The position numbers and the translations under genes were made by a program. Source: Candidatus Dormiibacterota bacterium (GTDB taxonomy: Bacteria > Chloroflexota > Dormibacteria > Aeolococcales > Aeolococcaceae). From it: 64,000 bases of DNA. Position 1 is the stretch's first letter. Every line of letters begins with the position of its first letter. The stretch lies in the NCBI GenBank assembly GCA_963718525.1, contig OY970355.1, positions 3,136,001 to 3,200,000 on the forward strand, read 5' to 3'. Positions 10,401 through 22,486 of the stretch are shown piece after piece. Under the pieces are notes generated by a model. That model had not been told where the DNA came from. It made no database searches and saw only the letters and a list, made by a program, of their open reading frames with translations.

Positions 10401-11322
10401 GAGCCTGCTGGCCGATGGTCAGGACTCCCGCCAGCTGCCGCGCTGGTGCCATGAGCTGGGTCAGGTAGGTCGAGAACGCCAGGAACGTCCCCAGGGTGAT
10501 CTGGTGGTGCAGGGCCAGCCACCCGCCGAGCGCAAGGATGGCCACCTGCGCGAGCAGCGGGATCAACTCCAGCAGCGGCTGGTACCGCGACTGAAGGCGC
10601 ACCGCGCGCATCTGCGACCCGTAGACGCGCTTGGCCGCTGCAGCGACGCGTTCGACCTCGCGCTGCTCCTGGCCGAACGCCTTGACGACGCGCACCCCGT
10701 TCAGATCCTCATCGACAATCTGGACGAGGTCGCCCTCGCGCTGTTGCCCGTCCCACGTCGCCGGGAAGATCCGCCAGCGCATCCGGTAGGAGACGATCAG
10801 CAGGCTCGGCGCCACCACGAAGCTCACGAGCGCCAGCAGCGGCGACAGGTAGAGCATGACTCCGAGCGAGAGCAGGAGCAGCAGGATGTTGCTGCTCATG
10901 ATCGGGAAGAAGCTCAGGAGGCCCTGCACCAGCGTGGAGTCGGAGTTCGCGCGCGCGACCAGCTGGCCGGTCGGCATCCGGCCAAGGTTGTCGAAGTCCA
11001 GCGCCTGGAGGTGGTCGTGCATGTCGTTGCGCAGGTCGAACTGGACCTCGAGCGCCACGCGGCCGCCACGATAGCGGCGGACGTAGGCGAAGACCAGGCT
11101 CGCGGCTGCGAGCGCGACCAGCAGGAGAAGCCAGGGCCACAGCGCCGACGTCCTGGTGAGAATGACGCCGTCGACGATCTGACGGGCCACCAGCGGCACC
11201 GCCGTCTGGCAGACGCTGCCAAGCACCGCGGCTCCCACCGACAGCACGACATCACGTCGGTGCCGGAGCATGTAGCCCCAGAGACGCCGGACCCAACCGG
11301 GCTTGGCGGGAGCGTCGCTCAA
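7455..11322 (-). CDS. Fused double-module (TMD-NBD-TMD-NBD) ABC exporter, split by a +1 frameshift near 9600
   Basis: Two complete TMD+NBD halves (GPSGSGKST/LSGGQ/LILDD and GETGAGKST/LSSGQ/LLLDE). Removing one A from TCAGGAACTCGAG joins the frames as ...TLVSGLEEQD... Confidence 0.88.
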
Positions 11323-11405
11323 CCGCGTTCGTTGGTCGTTCGTTGATCCTCAGCCAGACGGACGGACGCGGTCAGCGTAGCGCAAGTCGCCTCAGCTGCC
11401 GCTCG

Positions 11406-11648
11406 TCACCCAGCTGCCGCCGACATCGACGGGGTGACTCGACGCCGGATGGCCGCGAGGATGCGGAGTGCGAGCTCAGGGCTGTCCGTCACGGTCAATC
11501 GGTACATGCCGGTCTCGTTGGTGCGCGGCTCGATCCTGATCACACGGAGGCCGGCATCCTGCAGCGCCGCCAGCATTCGGGGCACGCCGCCCTGACGGTG
11601 CGGCGTTGTCTCCATGATGTCACTGTCCCTGACGTCGATCGCGAGCAT
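11406..11648 (-). CDS. Small hypothetical protein, possibly ACT-like
   Basis: 80 aa; HRQGGVPRMLAALQDAGLRV resembles the ACT DrPG.l..i...l...giNI pattern; fills the gap upstream of the ABC gene. Confidence 0.45.
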   Translation of the reverse strand: MLAIDVRDSDIMETTPHRQGGVPRMLAALQDAGLRVIRIEPRTNETGMYRLTVTDSPELALRILAAIRRRVTPSMSAAAG

Positions 11649-11740
11649 TGCTCATTCCCCTATCGCGGTTGGATCACGGTCGCATCATGGCGGTCACTTC
11701 CTGTCGACTTCGTGAGCAACCTGCTGCAGAGGGATTCCAG

Positions 11741-12091
11741 ATGTACGTCGGATCAGTGGTGATCGATTGCAACGACTACGCCTCCATGTATGCCTTCTGG
11801 ACGGCAGCGCTGGGCTACGTCCCTCGCGATCCACCCGACGACGGATGGGCGGTGCTGTGCGATCCGGGGGGAAGGCGCGTCAACGTCTCACTCCAGCGAG
11901 TTCCGGAGCCGCGGGTCGGCAAGAACCGGCTCCACCTCGACCTGTACACCGACGATCCGGTGGGTGCGGTGAGGCGCCTGCTCGGCCTGGGGGCGACGCG
12001 CCATCCAAGAACACCGGAGCCGGGGGAGGACTTCGTGACGCTGCTGGATCCCGAGGGCAACGTCTTTGACGTGATCGACAAGTCCGGCTGA
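11741..12091 (+). CDS. VOC/glyoxalase family protein
   Basis: VVIDCND..FW, KNRLHLDL and LLDPEGNVFDV motifs. Confidence 0.92.
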   Translation: MYVGSVVIDCNDYASMYAFWTAALGYVPRDPPDDGWAVLCDPGGRRVNVSLQRVPEPRVGKNRLHLDLYTDDPVGAVRRLLGLGATRHPRTPEPGEDFVTLLDPEGNVFDVIDKSG

Positions 12092-12200
12092 AGGCGGGGG
12101 AACAGAACTTCCAACCTCGCGTGTGCGTTCAATGAAGGACGGCCCGGCGTCCCGGGGCCACGGGCAGCCGGGATTGGATGGGTATGCGTGCGGTGATCAT

Positions 12201-12914
12201 GTGGTGAGGCATGGCAAAGTCAGCGCCGGGTGTTCGGCGATCGCTCTGGCGGTTGCGCTCGCGTCCTGCAGCAGCGCACCAGCGCCCCCACCTCCGACGA
12301 GTTCAGCCCACAACACACCGTCCGCCGCGCCCCCGTCGATCGCTCCGACTGCGACGCCGAGCGCGGCGCCGACCCCAACATCCATCGCTCCACCGGTTGC
12401 GGCCGTCGTCACCTCCAACGAGCCGACGTGCGCGGGCGCCCAGCTGCAGATTGCTTATTGGCCGGGGCTCAGCGGCGGGGGCGCCGGCACCATCGGGATT
12501 TCGCTCGCGATCTGGAATCACGGCAAGCGCCCGTGCAAGCTCAAAGGCTGGGCGACACTGCAATTCCTGAACAGCGCAGGCGGACTCGTCCCCACCCACT
12601 GGGTGGAAACGACTTCGATCTTCACCGGAAGTTCCGACGTCCTGCCGATCGCTGTCAGCCTGGTCACCTGCACGCAGCCCAATTGCACGAACGCGGCTCC
12701 CGCCGCATACATCAGCTTCGACGGTGATGACGTCTTCAGCCCGTGCGAGACGGCCGACGGAATCCGCGTGAATACTCCGGGGTCGTCGACGCCCGTATTC
12801 GTGAATTTGCGCAGTGGGAACTGGCCCCATGGGCAGACGTTCTGTTCAGCCGGAAAGATATTCGTTCTGCCGGTTCAGTCCCCGGTCGAGGCACTCGGCC
12901 CCACGCTTTCCTGA
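12201..12914 (+). CDS. Lipoprotein with DUF4232-like domain
   Basis: Lipobox ALASC, Pro/Thr linker, then C..AQL...GGAG...IWNHG..PC.LKGW; start uncertain. Confidence 0.7.
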   Translation: MVRHGKVSAGCSAIALAVALASCSSAPAPPPPTSSAHNTPSAAPPSIAPTATPSAAPTPTSIAPPVAAVVTSNEPTCAGAQLQIAYWPGLSGGGAGTIGISLAIWNHGKRPCKLKGWATLQFLNSAGGLVPTHWVETTSIFTGSSDVLPIAVSLVTCTQPNCTNAAPAAYISFDGDDVFSPCETADGIRVNTPGSSTPVFVNLRSGNWPHGQTFCSAGKIFVLPVQSPVEALGPTLS

Positions 12915-13011
12915 TCCTGCGGTTCGGCTGGCTGGCCCTGCCCGTGGGAAACTCCGCACATGATAGTCTTACTATCAGATATAGGCCTAGCCTGATACGG
13001 AGGTCAGTACG

Positions 13012-13569
13012 ATGGCAGATTCGGACGAGGGCAGCCGCGAGCGGCGCGTCGCTTCCGGTTTTCCTGATCCTGACAAGGTCCCTGGCCCGACCGAGCGGCT
13101 GCGTGAGTTGCACGGCAACACCGCCACAGAGCCGCAGCCCCCGAGGTACGGGCGCGCGTCCGCTGCCACTGCGGCAACTGACGACTACGTTTCGATCGAC
13201 GATATGCTCGGCGGATCCGGAGGCTCCCCAGGAGGCGCCGCTGACCGGTTCGCCGCGTTCGCACGCCGAGTGGGCGACGAGGCCGCCGAACGTGTCAAGG
13301 ATGAGCTGGACCGGCGCGGCGTCGCCGGGAAGGCGAAGGCGGCGGAACTCGGCATCGGCCAGATGGGCATCGTGGGTGTTCTTGGACTGGCCGCAGTCGG
13401 CGCCACCGCCACCGCGATGGTCGCCGGGATGAGCCGGGTGATGCCATTGTGGGCATCGGCCCTCGTGACGGCCGGGGTATTCGGCATTCCCGCCGGGATC
13501 CTGACAGCCGATGGGCTCGGTCGCGTCAGCGCGAATGTCCGCGCGATGGGAACGCCGGCGACCTCCTGA
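13012..13569 (+). CDS. Membrane protein, holin superfamily III/YqjE-like C-terminus
   Basis: GGAGG RBS; disordered N-terminus, then two TM helices with MPLWASALVT. Confidence 0.6.
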   Translation: MADSDEGSRERRVASGFPDPDKVPGPTERLRELHGNTATEPQPPRYGRASAATAATDDYVSIDDMLGGSGGSPGGAADRFAAFARRVGDEAAERVKDELDRRGVAGKAKAAELGIGQMGIVGVLGLAAVGATATAMVAGMSRVMPLWASALVTAGVFGIPAGILTADGLGRVSANVRAMGTPATS

Positions 13570-13590
13570 TCCCCAGCGACGCCACGCGGG

Positions 13591-14532
13591 CTACTCGCTG
13601 CCGAGTGGAGTCAGCAGCAACTCGCGCCAGTCGGGGGTGTGCAGGAACGCTCGGAATGCGGTAGCGGCCGGGCTCAGAAGCCGGTCGTGAGCCCACGTCA
13701 CGTGCCACATCCGTTCCACCGGGAAACCCTGCACGTGTAGCGGCCGCAGCAACCCGAGTTGGAGTTCGAGCCGGACCGCGTAGGTGGAGAGGACGGTCAC
13801 GCCGAGTCCCCCCGCGACCGCGCGTTTCAACGCACCGTTGCTGGCCATCTCCATGGCGGCGATCGGTTCAGCACCCGCGTCCCGCAGGATCCGTTCCGCC
13901 GAATCACGAGTGCCGGAGCCGCGTTCGCGGAGGAGCAGCGGACCATCGAGGAGATCGCCCGGCTGGAGCGCTTCGCGCTCGGCGAGTGGATGACCGGGCG
14001 CACAGAAGCACATCAGTGAGTTCTCGAGGAAGGGCTCCGCCGCCAGCACATCGTCCTCCCAGAGCGTGCCGACGACTCCGATGTCGACGATGCCCTCGAG
14101 GAGCCGTTCGCGTACTTGAGCACGATTGACGACGTCGAGGCTGAGGGCGACGCCGGGATGGTCACGATGAAACGCAGCCACCGCGTCGGGGAGCACGTAG
14201 ATGCCCACGGTGGTGTCGCCGGCAACCCTGACGCGGCCGGCGCGCAGTCCGGCGACGTCCTCGATCGCCTCCTGCGCATCGCCGACCATCGCCAGGATCC
14301 GGCCGGCGCGCTCATGAAGCGCCTGACCGACCGCGGTGAGCACGGGTGCGCGACTCCCGGGGTCGAGCAGAGGCTGGCCCACTGCCCGGGCGAGCGCCTG
14401 CATCTGATGGGTCACCGCCGGCTGAGTCAGGGACAGTACCTCGGCAGCACGCGTGAAACTGCGGTGCTCGATCACGGTGATGAAGATCCGGAGCTGGCGG
14501 AGCGTGATGCCGCGTTCGAGGCTGGTTTCCAT
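13591..14532 (-). CDS. cbbR: LysR family regulator CbbR
   Basis: ITLRQLRIF...SFTRAAEVLSLTQPAVT HTH, LLRERGSGTR; divergent from prk-cbbLSX. Confidence 0.9.
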   Translation of the reverse strand: METSLERGITLRQLRIFITVIEHRSFTRAAEVLSLTQPAVTHQMQALARAVGQPLLDPGSRAPVLTAVGQALHERAGRILAMVGDAQEAIEDVAGLRAGRVRVAGDTTVGIYVLPDAVAAFHRDHPGVALSLDVVNRAQVRERLLEGIVDIGVVGTLWEDDVLAAEPFLENSLMCFCAPGHPLAEREALQPGDLLDGPLLLRERGSGTRDSAERILRDAGAEPIAAMEMASNGALKRAVAGGLGVTVLSTYAVRLELQLGLLRPLHVQGFPVERMWHVTWAHDRLLSPAATAFRAFLHTPDWRELLLTPLGSE

Positions 14533-14566
14533 TAGCCAATCTTATTGAAGGAATAACAAACATGCA
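14532..14566. promoter_or_regulatory. CbbR-type T-N11-A boxes
   Basis: TTA-N7-TTA at 14532-14544 and T-N11-A at 14554-14566, in an AT-rich stretch overlapping the cbbR start. Confidence 0.55.
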
Positions 14567-14641
14567 TTGGACTGCAGGAGACGCACGATCTATGGTCACG
14601 TGCATGGTTCGTCCGATCCAGTCAATCCACCAGCCAGGGCC

Positions 14642-17136
<2,495 letters not shown>

Positions 17137-17148
17137 AGGAAGAGATAC

Positions 17149-17571
17149 ATGCACATCACGCAGGGGACGTTTTCCTACCTGCCGCCGCTCACCAACTCGC
17201 AGCTGAGAGCCCAGGTGCAGTACGCCCTGGACAACGGCTGGGCAATGTCGGTTGAGTTCACCGATGATCCCCACCCCCGCAACTTCCTCTGGGAGATGTG
17301 GGGCCTGCCGATGTTCGACATTCGCGACCCGGCCGCGATCCTGCTCGAGGTGCAGCGCTGTCGGGACGCGTACCCAGCGCGCTACATTCGAGTCAACGCG
17401 TATGACCGGAGGCTCGGCCGTCAGACGACGGCACTGAGCTTCATCGTGCAGCGCCCCAAGGATGAGAAGGGCTTCCGCCTGGAACGCCAGGAGGGACCTG
17501 ATCGCCAGGTTCGCTACACGCTGCACCCGTATGCGCTGGAACGGCCCCCGGGAGAGCGCTACGAGCGCTGA
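17149..17571 (+). CDS. cbbS: RuBisCO small subunit (red-type)
   Basis: [22 protein letters not shown], red-type C-terminal hairpin FRLERQE...ERY. Confidence 0.98.
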   Translation: MHITQGTFSYLPPLTNSQLRAQVQYALDNGWAMSVEFTDDPHPRNFLWEMWGLPMFDIRDPAAILLEVQRCRDAYPARYIRVNAYDRRLGRQTTALSFIVQRPKDEKGFRLERQEGPDRQVRYTLHPYALERPPGERYER

Positions 17572-17574
17572 GCG

Positions 17575-18609
17575 ATGAGCCAGGACAGTCACGTCGCCTT
17601 CGGGATGCCGCGTCCGCACGGACACGAGGTCGCGCTCGCGCCTGCGGCGGCTGCGAAGAACGGAACGTTCGAACCAGAGACGGTCGAACAACAGCTCGCC
17701 CCCGGAGAGAGCATCAACGTCGCGGCCGAGGCTCGCGCGTCGGGCGTGTTCGACGTCATCGAAGGCCTCGACCGCGAACTTGTCGGGCTCGATCCCGTCA
17801 AGACCCGTATTCGCGAGGTCGCCGCGCTCCTCGTCGTCGACAAGGCACGACGCCGCTTCGGGCTCGAGGCGGAACGCCCGAACCTGCACATGTGCTTTAC
17901 CGGCAGCCCCGGCACCGGTAAGACGACGGTGGCCATGCGTATGGCGACTGTGCTCCACCGGCTCGGCTACCTCGCCAAGGGGCACCTGGTCGCAGTGACT
18001 CGTGACGAACTCGTCGGTCAGTACATCGGTCACACCGCACCGAAGACCCGCGAGGTGTTGAAGCGCGCGATGGGCGGCGTGCTCTTCATCGATGAGGCGT
18101 ACTACCTGCACCGTCAGGAGAACGAGCGCGATTACGGCCAGGAGGCGATCGAGATCCTGTTGCAGGTCATGGAGAACCAGCGCAACGACATCGTGGTGAT
18201 CCTCGCCGGCTACAAGGATCGCATGGATCAGTTCTTCAGCAGCAATCCCGGGATGGGATCACGCATCGCTCACCATATCGACTTCCCCGACTACAGCCTG
18301 GATGAGCTGGTCGCAATTGCCGGGATCATGCTCGAGAAGCAGCGCTACGCGTTCTCGAGCGGCGCGAAGCCGGCCTTCCGCGAGTTGATGGCACGGCGCA
18401 TGCCCCAGCCGCGCTTCGCAAATGCCCGAAGCGTTCGCAATGCCCTGGAACGAGCGCGGCTCAGGCAGGCCAACCGGCTGGTCTCGGACGGGAAGCTCGT
18501 GACCCACGACGATCTGATGCGCATCGAGGCCGAGGACATCTATAAGAGCCGCTGGTTCACCGAGGCGCCCTCGGCGGAGATGCCCGACGCGAGCCCCGTT
18601 CCGGCCTAG
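17575..18609 (+). CDS. cbbX: RuBisCO activase CbbX (AAA+)
   Basis: [58 protein letters not shown]. Confidence 0.97.
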   Translation: MSQDSHVAFGMPRPHGHEVALAPAAAAKNGTFEPETVEQQLAPGESINVAAEARASGVFDVIEGLDRELVGLDPVKTRIREVAALLVVDKARRRFGLEAERPNLHMCFTGSPGTGKTTVAMRMATVLHRLGYLAKGHLVAVTRDELVGQYIGHTAPKTREVLKRAMGGVLFIDEAYYLHRQENERDYGQEAIEILLQVMENQRNDIVVILAGYKDRMDQFFSSNPGMGSRIAHHIDFPDYSLDELVAIAGIMLEKQRYAFSSGAKPAFRELMARRMPQPRFANARSVRNALERARLRQANRLVSDGKLVTHDDLMRIEAEDIYKSRWFTEAPSAEMPDASPVPA

Positions 18610-18821
18610 AAGATGACGTTGCGCTTGATCGACGGGTCGACGATGCCTGTGGTCATCCGCTCGCACCACTGGCACATGAATCGAAGGGTTCGCATCCCCG
18701 TCTGAATCCGGCAGGCGTTGGGCCAGCCACATCGACCGCACGCGACAGACTGGATGCGCACGCCCGCTTCCTGCGGGTCAGCGCCCTCGTGGTTCTGCTC
18801 TCTCCGGGCGTCGGGGTCCAT
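18606..18821 (-). CDS. Small hypothetical zinc-ribbon-like protein
   Basis: 71 aa with CGRC...CQWC pairs; same strand as and downstream of hypE; stop overlaps the cbbX stop. Confidence 0.5.
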   Translation of the reverse strand: MDPDARREQNHEGADPQEAGVRIQSVACGRCGWPNACRIQTGMRTLRFMCQWCERMTTGIVDPSIKRNVIF

Positions 18822-18905
18822 GTGCGATCACGGCTCGTGTGGGGTTGTCCGCATCGAGAGCGTACGCCACCTCAGCCCGTACGTCAGTTCGCTTGCGGAC
18901 TGTCG

Positions 18906-20051
18906 TCAGCAGATGCGGGGCAGCGGGTCTCCGATCAGCATATCGACGACCCGGGTACCCCCAAACCCCGTGTGTATGAAGACCATGCCCTCCGGCTCGG
19001 CGATGACCTCGCCGATCACCGCGGCCTCCGTGCCCTCGGGCCTGGAGCGCATCAGCTCGAGCGCACGCGAGGCGTGCTCTTTGGACACGATCGCCACGAG
19101 CTTGCCCTCGTTCGCGATGTAGAGCGGATCGATGCCGAGGATCTCGGCAACCCCACGGACCTCGTCGTGCACCGGCAGCGACGCCTCGTCGATCGCGACG
19201 GCCACACCGGCGGATTGCGCGATCTCATTGAGGACGGTCGCCACGCCGCCACGCGTCGCGTCGCGCATGAAATGGACATCGACGCCGTCGTCGAGCAGCG
19301 CAGCGGTCAACCCGTGCAGAGCCATGGTATCGCTGCGCAGGTTGTCGGCCTCGAGGTCGACATCACCGCGGGCGAGCATGACCGTGCTGCCGTGGTCACC
19401 CATCGCACCACTCAACACCACGACGTCACCGGGCACGATCCGGGATATGGCCACACGTTGTGGGAGCGCGACGATACCCACGCCGGTGGTGGTGATGAAC
19501 AGCTGATCGGCCTTGCCGCGGGGGACCACCTTGGTATCGCCGGTGACAACGTTGACGCCGGCGCGGTCTGCGGCGCGACGCATCAACTCGACGACGCGAC
19601 GGAGCGTCGCAACGTCAAGGCCCTCCTCGAGGATGAACGCGGCAGCGATGCCGAGCGGAGTTGCGCCACCAACGGCAAGGTCGTTGATCGTTCCATTGAC
19701 CGCGAGCTCGCCGATGTCGCCACCCGGGAAGAAGAGCGGGCTCACCACGAACGAGTCCGTGGTCACGGCGATGCCGGCGTTGTCGGCGCCGGGGAGCGTG
19801 AGCACCGCCTGGTCTCCCATCTGGTCCAGCACCGGGTTGCTGAGGATGTCACCGAAGAGCGCGGTGACCAGGGTATGGCTGGCCTTGCCTCCCGCGCCAT
19901 GGCTCATCGTGATCGCGTCCTCGCGCAGCGACGGCTTGCGCTTGCGAATCTCGGCGATGCGCTCGAGCACGCGCTGTTCGGGATCGGCAATGCGCGCCGC
20001 TGCCGCCTTGATCGCAGCACCGCTGCCGGGTTGGACGACTGTGTCAGTCAT
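18906..20051 (-). CDS. hypE: Hydrogenase maturation carbamoyl dehydratase
   Basis: ITMSHGAGG, TTDSFVVSPLFFPGGDIG, GDTKVV, MRDATRGG, C-terminal LPRIC. Confidence 0.98.
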   Translation of the reverse strand: MTDTVVQPGSGAAIKAAAARIADPEQRVLERIAEIRKRKPSLREDAITMSHGAGGKASHTLVTALFGDILSNPVLDQMGDQAVLTLPGADNAGIAVTTDSFVVSPLFFPGGDIGELAVNGTINDLAVGGATPLGIAAAFILEEGLDVATLRRVVELMRRAADRAGVNVVTGDTKVVPRGKADQLFITTTGVGIVALPQRVAISRIVPGDVVVLSGAMGDHGSTVMLARGDVDLEADNLRSDTMALHGLTAALLDDGVDVHFMRDATRGGVATVLNEIAQSAGVAVAIDEASLPVHDEVRGVAEILGIDPLYIANEGKLVAIVSKEHASRALELMRSRPEGTEAAVIGEVIAEPEGMVFIHTGFGGTRVVDMLIGDPLPRIC

Positions 20052-21268
20052 CGTGTCTGCACCGGGATCGCTCGGAGCTCGTGCTCGGCGAGGGCTCCGT
20101 TGCTATGACCGTTGCCGTTGCCATTGCCGTTCGGCCGGTCACCCGACGCAAGCACGCGTTCGCGCTCGCGGGCTCGAGAGTACCGGCCGAAGTTGTAGTA
20201 CGCCGCGCATGCCCCTTCGGACGACACCATGCACGTGCCGATCGGCGTCTCGGGCGTGCACGCGGTGCCGAACACCTTGCACTCCCAAGGCTTGAGCACG
20301 CCTTTGAGCACCTCACCGCACTGGCATGCCTTGGGGTCGGCAACGCGAACACCGGGCACGGAGAACACCTTCTCGGCGTCGTAGTCGGCGAACTCGTCCT
20401 GGAGCTCGAGGGCACTCTGGCTGATGAATCCGAGACCGCGCCACTCGAAATGAGAGCGCAGCTTGAAGACGCGCGCGAGAACCTCGAGCGCCTTGGGGTT
20501 GCCGTCGTCGTGGACCACGCGCTTGTACTGGTTCTCCACCTCGCAGCGTCCCTCGTGGATCTGCTGGATGATCATATGCACGCCCTGGAGGATGTCGAGC
20601 GGCTCGAATCCAACCACGACCACCGGTTTGTGATAGGTGTTGGTCACGAACTCGAAGGGCCTGATCCCGACCACGGTGGAGACGTGTCCCGGGCCGAGGA
20701 ATCCGTCGAGCTGCAGATCCGGTAAGTCGAGGATGGCCTTCATCGGCGGGATGATCGTCACGTGGTTGCAGAACACGAACAGGTTGCGGATGCCCTCGGC
20801 CTTCGCGCGCATCAGGGTCAGCGCCGTCGACGGCGCGGTGGTCTCGAAGCCGATCGCGTAGAACACCACCTTTCGGTCGGGGTTCTGCTGCGCGATCTTC
20901 AACGCGTCAAGCGGCGAGTACACCATGCGCACGTCTGCGCCGGCAGCCTTGGCGTCGAGCAGGCTGCCGTCGCTGCCGGGGACACGCATCAGGTCGCCAA
21001 AGCACGTGAAGATGACTCCGGGCTCGTGGGCAACGGCGATGCCGTCGTCGAGGCGACCCATCGGGATCACGCACACAGGGCAGCCCGGGCCGTGCACCAG
21101 CTCGACGTTGCTCGGCAGCAGGTCCTCGATGCCGTACTTGAAAATCGTGTGCGTGTGCCCGCCGCACACCTCCATGATCTTCCAGTGCTTGTCGCCGGCC
21201 TCGGCGGCAATGCGGGCCCCCAGCGCCCGGGCAAGATCCGCGTCTCGGAATTCGTCTGCGAATTTCAT
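20048..21268 (-). CDS. hypD: Hydrogenase maturation scaffold
   Basis: MEVCGGHT, GPGCPVC, GFETT, PGHVS, CMVSSEGAC; NG-repeat tail. Confidence 0.98.
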   Translation of the reverse strand: MKFADEFRDADLARALGARIAAEAGDKHWKIMEVCGGHTHTIFKYGIEDLLPSNVELVHGPGCPVCVIPMGRLDDGIAVAHEPGVIFTCFGDLMRVPGSDGSLLDAKAAGADVRMVYSPLDALKIAQQNPDRKVVFYAIGFETTAPSTALTLMRAKAEGIRNLFVFCNHVTIIPPMKAILDLPDLQLDGFLGPGHVSTVVGIRPFEFVTNTYHKPVVVVGFEPLDILQGVHMIIQQIHEGRCEVENQYKRVVHDDGNPKALEVLARVFKLRSHFEWRGLGFISQSALELQDEFADYDAEKVFSVPGVRVADPKACQCGEVLKGVLKPWECKVFGTACTPETPIGTCMVSSEGACAAYYNFGRYSRARERERVLASGDRPNGNGNGNGHSNGALAEHELRAIPVQTR

Positions 21269-21594
21269 ACGCCGGCGGTCCCGTTGGCATCGCGATAGTT
21301 GGCGCCGACCAGCTCCTCCTCCATCGCCTGCCACTCGCGGATCTGCTGGACCTCGTCGTGGTACGCCGGGCCCATCTCCTCGAGGATGCGCAACGTCTCC
21401 GCGGCCTCGGTCTCGCTCACCCGGCTCAGCGCGAAGCCCACGTGCACGAGCACGTACTCGCCGGGCTCGGTGGCGTCCTCACCGACCAGCAGCGACGTGT
21501 TGATACGGCGGTGCACGCCGCCGAGCTCGACCTTGCCATACATACGGTCTGCGTCGACATACTCGACGAGACGGGCGGGAATCGCTAGGCACAT
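21265..21594 (-). CDS. hypC: Hydrogenase maturation chaperone
   Basis: MCLAIP N-terminus, YVLVHVGFAL. Confidence 0.97.
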   Translation of the reverse strand: MCLAIPARLVEYVDADRMYGKVELGGVHRRINTSLLVGEDATEPGEYVLVHVGFALSRVSETEAAETLRILEEMGPAYHDEVQQIREWQAMEEELVGANYRDANGTAGV

Positions 21595-22262
21595 GCCGGC
21601 TCTCCTTCAAGTGCACGTTGCACCAACTCGGTGAGGAGGTGATAGAGGGTCATCTGCACCTCCTGAATCCGGTGGATGCTGCTGGATCGAACGACGAAGC
21701 AGTGATCACTGACCTGTTCGCGAGCAAGCCGTCCCCCGTCGTAGCCACAGATCGCCACTGTGTACATGCCGCGACGACGTGCTTCGCCCAGCCCGCGAAC
21801 GAGGTTCTCGGAATTCCCGCTCGTCGACACGGCGACCACCACATCGTCGGTGCGTCCCAGCGCGATGATCTGACGCACGAAGACGTCGCCGAAGCCGACG
21901 TCATTGCCGATCCCCGTGACCACGGCGACATCGTTGGTCAGGCAGAGCGCCGGAATCGGACGGTGATTGCCCGACGGCACGAGCATCTCGGTCACCATGT
22001 CCGCGGCCGACGTGGCGCTGCCGCCGTTGCCGAGTCCCAGCAACCGTCCGCCTCGCTCGAATGCAGCGGCCATCCTCTGCGCAGCGACAAGGATCTCGTC
22101 ACCGAACTCGTCGAGCAACTCCAGACGGAGGCGGTTGCTCTCGGCTGATTTCTCGAGCGGAGCGCGAGCAAGCTCCAGGACGAGTTCAGCACCCGCCGCC
22201 GGTTGCGGGCTCAACATCGGATACAGGAGTTGCGAGAACGGATCGCGCCCGGATTCGGTCAC
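21585..22262 (-). CDS. GmhA-like SIS domain protein 1
   Basis: GNGGS, GND, STSGNS and RIQE motifs present; the DAQH His is absent (SAAD). Confidence 0.88.
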   Translation of the reverse strand: MTESGRDPFSQLLYPMLSPQPAAGAELVLELARAPLEKSAESNRLRLELLDEFGDEILVAAQRMAAAFERGGRLLGLGNGGSATSAADMVTEMLVPSGNHRPIPALCLTNDVAVVTGIGNDVGFGDVFVRQIIALGRTDDVVVAVSTSGNSENLVRGLGEARRRGMYTVAICGYDGGRLAREQVSDHCFVVRSSSIHRIQEVQMTLYHLLTELVQRALEGEPACA

Positions 22263-22486
22263 GAGCCGACCTCCACCGCCGCGGCGCGCTGGAGCGCCAC
22301 ACCGCCGTGGCAGAGCAGCACGTCACCGACCGCCACGCCGCCGAGCAGGTCGATGCCGATCTCGACCTCGGCATCGTCGATCGTGCAGCGCGCGATGCCC
22401 GCCGCCGTATCGACCTCCGTAACCACCACGCTCAGAAGCTGATCCGAACACGTGATGCAGACCTCGTCGTGGCACTCGGCACTCAT
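22259..22486 (-). CDS. HypC/HupF-like protein with a non-canonical N-terminus
   Basis: VAVGDVLLCHGGVAL HypC-type C-terminus; N-terminus MSAECHDEVCITCSD instead of MC. Confidence 0.82.
   Translation of the reverse strand: MSAECHDEVCITCSDQLLSVVVTEVDTAAGIARCTIDDAEVEIGIDLLGGVAVGDVLLCHGGVALQRAAAVEVGS

Noticed and set aside
13012-13569. Holin-like gene as a sign of prophage
   Set aside because: No endolysin, integrase or structural phage genes nearby; this membrane family is common on chromosomes.
20100-20135. GCCGTT-type short tandem repeat
   Set aside because: Encodes a low-complexity NGNGNGNGH tail of HypD; not an array or regulatory repeat.
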